From the NCBI GenBank assembly GCA_023261815.1, contig JALNKA010000002.1, forward strand, positions 1-36,239: a stretch of DNA of 36,239 bases. Direction: 5' to 3'. Both the position numbers and the translations under genes were made by a program. Shown here one piece after another: positions 17,998 to 25,773 of this stretch (within the stretch, counting starts at the first letter, position 1; each line of letters starts with the position of its first letter). The notes beneath the pieces were generated by a model. That model saw only the letters and a program-made list of their open reading frames with translations. It made no database searches and was not told where the DNA came from. The DNA comes from Candidatus Wolframiiraptor sinensis (lineage in GTDB: Archaea > Thermoproteota > Nitrososphaeria_A > Caldarchaeales > Wolframiiraptoraceae).

Positions 17998-18067
17998 GGC
18001 AATGAGGATTGAACGTCGCGGCTGAGGCTTCGGGGGGCCTATGAGCGGACCTCCTCTCGGCTGAGCC
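17998..18067 (+). ncRNA. Box C/D methylation-guide sRNA
   Basis: Terminal stem GGC/GCC, C box ATGAGGA (18002-18008), 13-nt guide, D' CTGA (18022-18025), hairpin, C' ATGAGCG (18041-18047), 13-nt guide GACCTCCTCTCGG, D CTGA (18061-18064); intergenic. Confidence 0.8.
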
Positions 18068-18189
18068 GGCCATTGCATCATCAACTCCTCGAGAGCGCCA
18101 TCGCCTTAATCGCATAATATACGTAACATCTCTCCCGGAATACTTGGATTTCCTCCTTTAGCCTATTGATGCGCGTGCAGCTGCCGCGT

Positions 18190-19173
18190 TCATATCCGCT
18201 TTATTGCTTCTTTGAGTTCCTCGGCTGATTTCTCCGGGAGCATGGTGTTCACGTATATGCCGAGCCCGATCTCGGCGACCATCGGCACGAGAATCCTCGG
18301 AACTATCTCTATGTGCCAGTGAAAGTCGTCTGCATCCATGGGTCTTGTGTGGAGTGCTAGATTGAATGAGGGGTTCTCTAGAATTATTTTCAGCGCCTTG
18401 AAGAGCGTTGAGAGCATGCTCGCGAGCTCCAGCAGCTCGGCGTCGTCGAGCTCCGTGAATCTCTGGCGATGATTCTTCGGATAAACCATGATCTCATAGG
18501 GCTCTCTGCTGGCCCATGGGCATATCGCGATGAAGCCCCCGGTCGAGATCAGGGTTCTAGCCGGATCCCTATCCCGGCATAATATGCAGTTGCCTGCCCG
18601 GAGGGCTTCCGACTCTCTTCTCAGGAGCGGCGGCGTAATCGATGATGCGATGATGTGGCTGTGCGGGTGCCTCAGCGATGCGCCGGAATATGGTCCATGA
18701 TTCTTGCCAAAGCAAGCATAGCTAAATTCATCTTTCTCGAGCTGGCTGAGTCTCTCCCTGAGCGTCACCAAGAGATACTGGAGCTGCATTATCGTGAGGG
18801 ACCATGGATCGGCCTCATGATCGGGAGAGTCTATCACGGCTTCATGCAGCCCTGGAGATTTCTCGAGACCATGCTCGCCCCTGAGCGCATCCTCCGCCGA
18901 GAATACTGGATAGAGATTCGGTATGCATTTTACGAGCCATTCTCTGATCCTTTTATCGCCGCTCTCACGGTCAAACCTCACGCAAGCTCCAGCCCTGGCC
19001 AAGACGAGGGTCGCCGGAGATAGCACTTCCTCTTTCCCGGGGCAGAATGGGCATCTAGCCGGATCATCGAGAAGCCTCGGAGCCTGCGGCCCGACTTCAT
19101 GAGGTCTCTTAGCCCGCTCAGGAGCATAAGATACAAGCCTACCGGATAATGGATCGATCCTAAGCTCCGGCAT
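18190..19173 (-). CDS. GalT-like HIT-superfamily nucleotidyltransferase (galactose-1-phosphate uridylyltransferase / ADP-glucose phosphorylase family)
   Basis: ELRIDPL, RAKRP, CPFCPG, PNLYP, KNHG...GASLRHPHSH, FHWHIEIVPR. Confidence 0.88.
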   Translation of the reverse strand: MPELRIDPLSGRLVSYAPERAKRPHEVGPQAPRLLDDPARCPFCPGKEEVLSPATLVLARAGACVRFDRESGDKRIREWLVKCIPNLYPVFSAEDALRGEHGLEKSPGLHEAVIDSPDHEADPWSLTIMQLQYLLVTLRERLSQLEKDEFSYACFGKNHGPYSGASLRHPHSHIIASSITPPLLRRESEALRAGNCILCRDRDPARTLISTGGFIAICPWASREPYEIMVYPKNHRQRFTELDDAELLELASMLSTLFKALKIILENPSFNLALHTRPMDADDFHWHIEIVPRILVPMVAEIGLGIYVNTMLPEKSAEELKEAIKRI

Positions 19174-19246
19174 AAGCGATCTCAGAATACTATAGGTCTC
19201 GGGAAAGATTTAACCCCTCCAGTTCCCTTCTAGGGCTTGATACTGT

Positions 19247-19855
19247 TTGCGGAGAGGTCTTGTGATTCTCGTCTTGGGTGTGGCCGGTGTCGGCAAGACT
19301 ATGTTCGGTAAAGCTCTCGCCGGCTTCCTCGATCTCAAATTCATCGATGTCCCCGAGTTGGTGGAGATGAGAGGGCTTCATACAGGCTATGATGAAAAGT
19401 CCAAGGCTTATCTCGTAGATCTCAGGAGGCTCTCGGCGGCAGCGGGCTCCGAGCTGAGAATGGGTGGGGTATTGGCCTCTGTTTACGCCTTCAAGCCCCG
19501 CGGCATTAAGGTCTCATGCGCAATAGTCCTTAGAATGAGGCCAACAGCACTACTAAGCATTCTCAGGGCCAGAGGATACTCGGATGAAAAGATTAGAGAA
19601 AATGTCTCAGCGGAGCTTATAGATCAGCCCCTCGTCGAGGCGATTCAGAGGTTCGGGAGGAGGAGAGTAATCCAGCTGGACGCAACCGGCGGCGATCTCG
19701 AGCTTCTCGCGAGAAGAGCTGCCGAAGTGATTAGATCACGCGGGATAGTGGGTCTCAAGCAGCTGGATCAGGAGATAGACTGGATAGCTGAGCTGGAGAG
19801 ATCGGGCGAGCTAGACGGCCTGCTCAAGTTTCTGGAGTCCGGCGAGGCCCGATAA
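19247..19855 (+). CDS. AK6/Fap7-type adenylate kinase / ATPase
   Basis: P-loop GVAGVGKT and lid motif RARGYSDEKIRENVSAE; start TTG 19247 or GTG 19262. Confidence 0.8.
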   Translation: MRRGLVILVLGVAGVGKTMFGKALAGFLDLKFIDVPELVEMRGLHTGYDEKSKAYLVDLRRLSAAAGSELRMGGVLASVYAFKPRGIKVSCAIVLRMRPTALLSILRARGYSDEKIRENVSAELIDQPLVEAIQRFGRRRVIQLDATGGDLELLARRAAEVIRSRGIVGLKQLDQEIDWIAELERSGELDGLLKFLESGEAR

Positions 19856-19960
19856 ACATTTTAACAGGCCCGAGAAGCCCATAACTAGGCCCTTGAGAAG
19901 GTTTTTCACGCCCCCACCCCATCGCTTTTGACTACCTCGCGAGGTTAGGGGTGAATATCC

Positions 19961-21232
19961 ATGAGTAGCGGTGAGTTGAGCTTTAGCAGAAAGGATTATG
20001 TTAGCTTATACAGGTTCAAGAAGCTGATTAAGGAGCTCGAGTCGAAGGAGGGCAGGGGAACAGAGCTAATCTCGCTCTATATTCCGCCGAATAAGCCTAT
20101 CTCTGACGTCGTAGGATATCTCAGGCAGGAGTATTCGACTGCGGCTAACATAAAGTCGAAGAGCACGAGAAAGAACGTACAGGACGCGATCGAGAGCGCG
20201 ATTCAGAGGCTCAAGCTATTCGATCGCGCGGGCCCAACGGGGCTCGTGATATTCAGCGGAGCCATTCCTCAGGATGGCGGAGCCGGAACCGAGAAGATTG
20301 AGGTTTACCACATCATCCCGCCTGAGCCGATAAACCTCCTGCTATATCGATGCGATAGCAAGTTTTACCTCGAGCCGTTGAAGGAGCTTCTCAAGGAAAA
20401 GGACGTCTACGGGGTTCTCGTAATAGATAATGAGGAGGCGGCGGTTGCAGTGGTGAGGGGGAGGAGGATAGTCGAGCTGAAGAAGTTTACATCAGGAGTT
20501 CCGGGGAAGCATCACGCCGGAGGACAGTCAGCCCGAAGATTTGAGAGGCTGAGGGAGATGAACCTAAACGAGTATTATAAGCGTGTCGCCGCACACGCAA
20601 ACGAGATCCTTCTCAAAGAGCCTGGCCTGAAGGGCGTGATAGTCGCGGGTCCAGGCCCAACTAAGGAGGTGTTTGTCGAGAAGGGATATCTCCATTACAC
20701 GCTCCGGGACAAGATCCACATAGTCGATACTTCTTACTCGGGCGAGGAGGGGGTGAGGGAGGCGATAAGGAAGGCCGAGGACTTCCTGAGAGAGCTCAGG
20801 CTCGTCGAGGAGCAGAAGCTCGTCAGAAAGCTGATGGACGAGATAGCGAGGGAGAACTCAAGAGCCGTCTATGGGGAGAAGGAGATTCTAAGAGCCATGG
20901 GAAGCGGGATGCTCGAGCTCCTACTCCTCTCGGAGGATCTCGATAAGTATAGAGTTATAGTGAAATGCGGTAACTGCGGCGCGGAATACGAGTACACCCT
21001 CAGCGAGGATGAGAAGATCTCAAGGCTTCCCGAGATGCTGGCGAAGCCCTGCGAGAGGTGTGGCCAGCGATCTCTCCAAGTCTCCGGGGAGCAGCCTCTC
21101 GTGGACTTCTACATCGAGGAGGCCGAGAAAGCGGGAGTCAAGGTGGAGCTCATCTCATCGGATCATGAAGAGGGTGCCATGCTTAAGAGCCTCGGGGGGG
21201 TCGCGGGCTTCCTGAAGGGCTACGGCGGCTAA
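19961..21232 (+). CDS. prf1: Peptide chain release factor aRF1
   Basis: GTELISLYIP, NIKS, YRCD, GGQSARRF, CGNC...CERC Zn-ribbon insert in domain 3; SD GGGGTGA. Confidence 0.97.
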   Translation: MSSGELSFSRKDYVSLYRFKKLIKELESKEGRGTELISLYIPPNKPISDVVGYLRQEYSTAANIKSKSTRKNVQDAIESAIQRLKLFDRAGPTGLVIFSGAIPQDGGAGTEKIEVYHIIPPEPINLLLYRCDSKFYLEPLKELLKEKDVYGVLVIDNEEAAVAVVRGRRIVELKKFTSGVPGKHHAGGQSARRFERLREMNLNEYYKRVAAHANEILLKEPGLKGVIVAGPGPTKEVFVEKGYLHYTLRDKIHIVDTSYSGEEGVREAIRKAEDFLRELRLVEEQKLVRKLMDEIARENSRAVYGEKEILRAMGSGMLELLLLSEDLDKYRVIVKCGNCGAEYEYTLSEDEKISRLPEMLAKPCERCGQRSLQVSGEQPLVDFYIEEAEKAGVKVELISSDHEEGAMLKSLGGVAGFLKGYGG

Positions 21233-22191
21233 GCGAGCCTGGGGATAGCTAAGTTGGCTATATCATACTGCATGTCCGCGATTCCGAGAACTGCGTCTCT
21301 TATCCGGAGCTGCTCGACTGCGAGCTTTGGAGGGGTCAGTAGCTTAGTCAGGATCTCCAGATTCTTCTTCATCTGCGGTATAACTTCGAGCCTCCTATTC
21401 AGAAACGCCTCCATCGCGAGCTTATGGTTCGCTAAGAGTATCTCCGAGACCTTGCCGGCGTGAAGTGCGCTCTCCGCAGTCTTACCGCCGCCCGAGATTA
21501 AGCCCGAGACTTCAAATGCCTTATCGGCTATATTCTCGAGAAAATACGCCGCCAGCCTATAATCGAGGATTTCGACGCTCGTGAGGCCTAGGAGGACTGC
21601 TAGTGCCGGGTTCGCGAGACTTTTCCTCAGTGTCCTGACCATGTAGAAGTATAGCCTATCCATGTCATCCTCGATCTTCTCGAGAAGGCCGGAGGTCTCC
21701 AAGCCTTTATCGCCAGCGGGGCTGAAGGAGTATCTCAGCATATCATCCGAGAGCTTCCACATTCTTCTTAGAACCTCGGAGGGCTTGAGCTCCAGCGGGT
21801 CTATAACCATCCTGAGCAGCAACGTTGACTCCGCAGACTCGACTATCTCGAGGCCCATGAGCCTCTCCTTCAGGTAGAAGAGCTCGCTCTCGAGAACTTC
21901 CTTTACATGCTGGGGGAAGTTTATGCGCATCGAGTCATAGCCCATGAGATAGGCGGCTACAATCTTATCCACGAGCGATCGAGTATCTGACTCGAACTTC
22001 AGCTTAACCTCGCTCTCCCTCTCAACGCCGGTCGGCGAGATGATAAGGGAGTTTCCGGCGATCTCCACGACGAGGTAATCGCCTTCGCCAAGCCCGATAG
22101 CCTCCACCCAGCTCTTCGGAAGACTGACCACGAGAGATCCGCCGCTCCTCATGATGCTTCGCAGGACCCTGCCCTCTTGCTCCTGCGTCAT
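21229..22191 (-). CDS. AbrB/MazE-domain + PhoU-domain transcriptional regulator
   Basis: GGSLVVSLPKSWV...GEGD, AAYLMGYD, GLEIVE, EDDMDRLYF, LENIAD. Confidence 0.9.
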   Translation of the reverse strand: MTQEQEGRVLRSIMRSGGSLVVSLPKSWVEAIGLGEGDYLVVEIAGNSLIISPTGVERESEVKLKFESDTRSLVDKIVAAYLMGYDSMRINFPQHVKEVLESELFYLKERLMGLEIVESAESTLLLRMVIDPLELKPSEVLRRMWKLSDDMLRYSFSPAGDKGLETSGLLEKIEDDMDRLYFYMVRTLRKSLANPALAVLLGLTSVEILDYRLAAYFLENIADKAFEVSGLISGGGKTAESALHAGKVSEILLANHKLAMEAFLNRRLEVIPQMKKNLEILTKLLTPPKLAVEQLRIRDAVLGIADMQYDIANLAIPRLA

Positions 22192-22198
22192 CGCTCAC

Positions 22199-22224
22199 TC
22201 AATATCAGTATTGACTAATATTGA
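22199..22224. promoter_or_regulatory. Imperfect palindrome, candidate operator
   Basis: TCAATATcAGT-attg-ACTaATATTGA (10 of 11 bp in each arm pair), 7 nt upstream of the regulator start. Confidence 0.55.
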
Positions 22225-22298
22225 TTTCCAAGATGCAATACTTATCTAGGCAGCCCCTCTAGGGGAGGCGGAAAAGTCTGCGCGGGGGATCCGGCATT

Positions 22299-23057
22299 AT
22301 GCTCAGCAGAAACGGTGTTAAGCCCGGTCTCGAGGCCTCCCTTACATCGGTATGCGCCGCCCTCTATGCGGCCCTAGGCTACCTAACCTATCTAGGGATA
22401 TTTGCGCCGGTTTTTGGGACCGTCCGCTTCTGGCCATCCGTGATCGTGCCCGCGATCTTCTCGATACTCTTCTCGCCGAGGATTGGCGGGATAGGCGCGG
22501 CCATAGGCATATTCATAAGCGATATGATGATCCACGGGAACCCGATCTTGAGCCTGACCGTGGGCGTGCCCGCAAACTTCACAGCATTCTACCTGATGGG
22601 CTGGCTCGCTCGGAGATGGAGGGGCAGGAACTCCGCGGCCCTCGCAACATCTATACAGCTCATACCGGCTGCGGGATGCGTGGCCATCTACTTCTTAGAT
22701 CTAATTGACCAGCTCTCCGCCCTGATCTACCTCTCGGTCTCGATAATCGTTTTAGCGTTCACGATTATGCTCGTGCTAGCTCAAAGGAGTTTCCTCGGTC
22801 TCGCGGCGGCCTCAAGCCTAGGTCTCATGGCTGGGAGCGCCATAATCGGCATAGGCTTATGGGCTTACAGCCAGCTCTTCATCCTGCCCGGAGGAATCAG
22901 GAATGCTCCTATGATATTCGCTCTCGGATGGTTTCTCTGGACATACCTGACGGAGATACCATTCATCCTATTCCCCCTCCCGCCTATCCTCAAAGCGATC
23001 TCAAGAGCCATTCCAAGCGCCTCCGTGATCCTCGGTGAGGAGCGTGCGAGAGCTTGA
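22299..23057 (+). CDS. ECF transporter S component (membrane substrate-binding protein)
   Basis: AALYAAL (AxxxA), RFWPSVIVPA...GGIGAAIGIFISD, multiple TM helices. Confidence 0.8.
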   Translation: MLSRNGVKPGLEASLTSVCAALYAALGYLTYLGIFAPVFGTVRFWPSVIVPAIFSILFSPRIGGIGAAIGIFISDMMIHGNPILSLTVGVPANFTAFYLMGWLARRWRGRNSAALATSIQLIPAAGCVAIYFLDLIDQLSALIYLSVSIIVLAFTIMLVLAQRSFLGLAAASSLGLMAGSAIIGIGLWAYSQLFILPGGIRNAPMIFALGWFLWTYLTEIPFILFPLPPILKAISRAIPSASVILGEERARA

Positions 23058-23968
23058 ATCCTAAAAGGAGCTATGCTCGGGCTCCAGCCCCGCTCTCAAG
23101 CATCTTCTCGCCCAAGACTCGCGGAGAAAGTCCAGAGGAGGTCGGAGCCAGGGGCGGCGGATTCACCTTGCCCGGAGCAATAGAGACATATGCGGAATAT
23201 TATCCTGGGGAAAGCGATCTAGTAGAGGTCTATGTTAATGGCGCGGCGGCTGATCATCCGACGTCATGCAGGGCTGCCGAGATCTCGAGAAAGCTCCTAG
23301 GCCTTCGGGGGAGGATAGCTCTCAGGCACAGCGTCGGCGTCCCGATAGGTATGGGCTTTGGCACGAGCGCCTCCCTGGCCCTAACAACGATCCTAGCATT
23401 ATTCAGGATAGCTGGCCGCGGAATATCACTCATGGACGCCTGCAGGATCGTCCACGAGATAGAGATCGAGTGCGGGACCGGATTGAATAGCGAGGCCGGT
23501 TTCCTGTCCGATGGCCTAATCCTAGTTTTGAATGCTGGCGCGCCTCCTAAGCTCAGAGTTGACTCCATTCCGCTGCCGCGCAATTCCGTCCTCATAGTCG
23601 TGGCCGCCGGCCCGCTTGAGACTCATAGAGCACTGAGCCGAGGTGACCTCGATATGATCGAGGAGGTCGGGGACAGGAAGATCGGCGAGATCTTGGAGAA
23701 CCCGACGCCTGAGATTTTTCTCGAGAAGTCGAGGGAGTTCGCGCTGGAGACGGGGCTCGCGACCAAGAGGGTTCAGGAGATCTTCAGAGAGCTCGAGAGG
23801 CTCCGGTTGATCGGCTATGCCCAGAACATGATTGGCGAGGCATGCCACGCGCTGGCGCTGAAAGAAGATGCGGAGGTTGCGGTGATGAGGCTCAAGGAAG
23901 TTTTCCCAGATTATCTGGTGAAGACATTTGAGCTGGCCAGCTCGATAAGCTCCTCCCTCACGTCTTAA
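23054..23968 (+). CDS. GHMP kinase, pantoate-kinase-like (divergent)
   Basis: GHMP loop PIGMGFGTSA, HEIEIECGTGL, SREFALETGL, AQNMIGE; TTG start overlaps the ECF-S stop. Confidence 0.78.
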   Translation: MNPKRSYARAPAPLSSIFSPKTRGESPEEVGARGGGFTLPGAIETYAEYYPGESDLVEVYVNGAAADHPTSCRAAEISRKLLGLRGRIALRHSVGVPIGMGFGTSASLALTTILALFRIAGRGISLMDACRIVHEIEIECGTGLNSEAGFLSDGLILVLNAGAPPKLRVDSIPLPRNSVLIVVAAGPLETHRALSRGDLDMIEEVGDRKIGEILENPTPEIFLEKSREFALETGLATKRVQEIFRELERLRLIGYAQNMIGEACHALALKEDAEVAVMRLKEVFPDYLVKTFELASSISSSLTS

Positions 23969-25142
23969 ACTCGCCCACGAGGCCGTCAAAGCTCCGGATG
24001 AATTCATCCTCGGCTCCGGCGGGTATGAGGCCTGAGGCGGCGAACTTGTGCCCATCAGCCGATCCGCCGACCATCTCGGAAGCCTTTATCGCTAGATCGG
24101 AGATCGGCGGCATGGAGCCCCTCTCCACTAGGCCCGCGAGCTTCCTCGGTGCCCTGATAGATAACTTGATCCAGCTGCCCTGTATTCTCCCGAGCTCCGG
24201 GATCTCCGGCTCGAAGTTCATGAAGCCTATGATGTAGCGGTCTGGATCGATGTTCTTCCTGTAGCTGAGCATCGAAGTTAATGTTCCGATGGTCTTTGAT
24301 CCCAAGCCCTTGAAAAGGTCTCCGAGATGATACCACTGAGCCCATCTGCTCCTCCGCATCCCAGTCTTAGCGATGAGGGCGAAGGCTTGAGCGAACTTCC
24401 TCCTCCTCAGATCCTCGAACTTGGCCGCCAAGCTCTCCGGGATCATCCTATTCTTAAGGTGTCTCACAGCCTCCTGCGGCCCCCGCATATAATATCCCAC
24501 GCTCCCGATCGCAGAGAGCGTTGAGGAGAGCTCCTTCCAGGACTTCCCTAGAAACTTCACCTGATAGCTCTCTCCACTGCCCTCGCCGACTACCTCCACG
24601 TCTCCAGAGCTCACGGCGTCCTCCAGCGCAATTCTATTCAGCTTCCTCAATTCTCCGGGGATCTCAGCCGACCCGATCACGGCCATCCAGGCTGCATCCC
24701 GCGCGCCCAGCACCTCTCTAACCAAGAGGTAGGCGGCGGTTGATCCACTAACATCGCTCTCGCCCTCATATCCATACAGCTCGGGGTTCAGGTGAAGGAG
24801 CCTCGGATGCTCCGCCTCAACCGGGTCGTGGTGATCTAGGATTATTGCCGCGCCCCCAAACCTCTCGAGAGCCCGCGCTATCAGGTCGGCCCTACCCGAG
24901 CCTATATCCGCGTAAAGATAGAGACCTTCACCTCGAGAATGTATGAGCTTCACGATCTCCGGAGAGAGCTTCTCGACGCATATTAGCCTATGCGATATCC
25001 CAACTCTATCCAAGAGGAGGGAGAGGATTGCTCCGGCGCAAAGGCCATCGGCATCATCGTGAAAGATCAGGAGAGCCTCGCGGAACTCTTTAAGTAGCGA
25101 GGAAACCCGTCCCAACGCCTCCCTATACTCCAGGTTCATCAT
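23958..25142 (-). CDS. DHH-family phosphoesterase (archaeal RecJ/GAN/HAN-like nuclease)
   Basis: HDDADG, ADIGSG, ILDHH, HLNPELYG, DHHA1 motifs KLSIR and DGHKFAASG. Confidence 0.88.
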   Translation of the reverse strand: MMNLEYREALGRVSSLLKEFREALLIFHDDADGLCAGAILSLLLDRVGISHRLICVEKLSPEIVKLIHSRGEGLYLYADIGSGRADLIARALERFGGAAIILDHHDPVEAEHPRLLHLNPELYGYEGESDVSGSTAAYLLVREVLGARDAAWMAVIGSAEIPGELRKLNRIALEDAVSSGDVEVVGEGSGESYQVKFLGKSWKELSSTLSAIGSVGYYMRGPQEAVRHLKNRMIPESLAAKFEDLRRRKFAQAFALIAKTGMRRSRWAQWYHLGDLFKGLGSKTIGTLTSMLSYRKNIDPDRYIIGFMNFEPEIPELGRIQGSWIKLSIRAPRKLAGLVERGSMPPISDLAIKASEMVGGSADGHKFAASGLIPAGAEDEFIRSFDGLVGEFKT

Positions 25143-25218
25143 CGCCTAGATTATTCGGCTCGGCGGCTATAAAGTCCGCGGCGAACCGTTTAATAGCGTG
25201 CAGTTATGAGATGGGGTC

Positions 25219-25773
25219 ATGGGATCCCAGCTGAAGGATCAGGTGATCCAGGCCGCAGGCCTCATGTGTGTGAGCGCCAGAACAGCCCCGAAAACCCGCG
25301 GACTAGACGACCTGGAGATCCTGGTAATATCCGATGAGGGCGATCTCAGGAGGCTGGCTGATGAGATGGAGCGCATGGGCTCCGAGCTAGGCCTAGCGTT
25401 CTTCCAACGCGATGCCGAGAACGTGAGGCAATCGGATGCTGTTCTCCTTATCGGTGTGAAGTCCTCGAAGCCCAAGGAGCTGAACTGCGGCGGATGCGGC
25501 TACCCGACATGCGAGGAGTTCAGGAAGGCGAGGAGGATGAGCGGGAAGCCTTATCATGGGCCTAGCTGCGCGTTCCAGCTCATCGACCTTGGAATAGCAG
25601 TTGGATCAGCAGTCAAGACGGCCTCGCTCCTGAACATCGATAATAGGATCATGTATTCTGTTGGAGCCGCTGCCTTGAGAGTCGGATTCCTGAGGGAGTC
25701 CGATACAGCCCTCGGCATCCCGCTATCCGCCTACGGGAAGAGCATATACTTCGATAGAAGGCCGAAGGCTTAG
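25219..25773 (+). CDS. DUF2148 ferredoxin-like Fe-S domain protein
   Basis: SARTAPKTRG, FFQRDAENV, LNCGGCGYPTC, GPSC, DLGIAVGSA, DNRIMYSVG, KSIYFDR. Confidence 0.85.
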   Translation: MGSQLKDQVIQAAGLMCVSARTAPKTRGLDDLEILVISDEGDLRRLADEMERMGSELGLAFFQRDAENVRQSDAVLLIGVKSSKPKELNCGGCGYPTCEEFRKARRMSGKPYHGPSCAFQLIDLGIAVGSAVKTASLLNIDNRIMYSVGAAALRVGFLRESDTALGIPLSAYGKSIYFDRRPKA

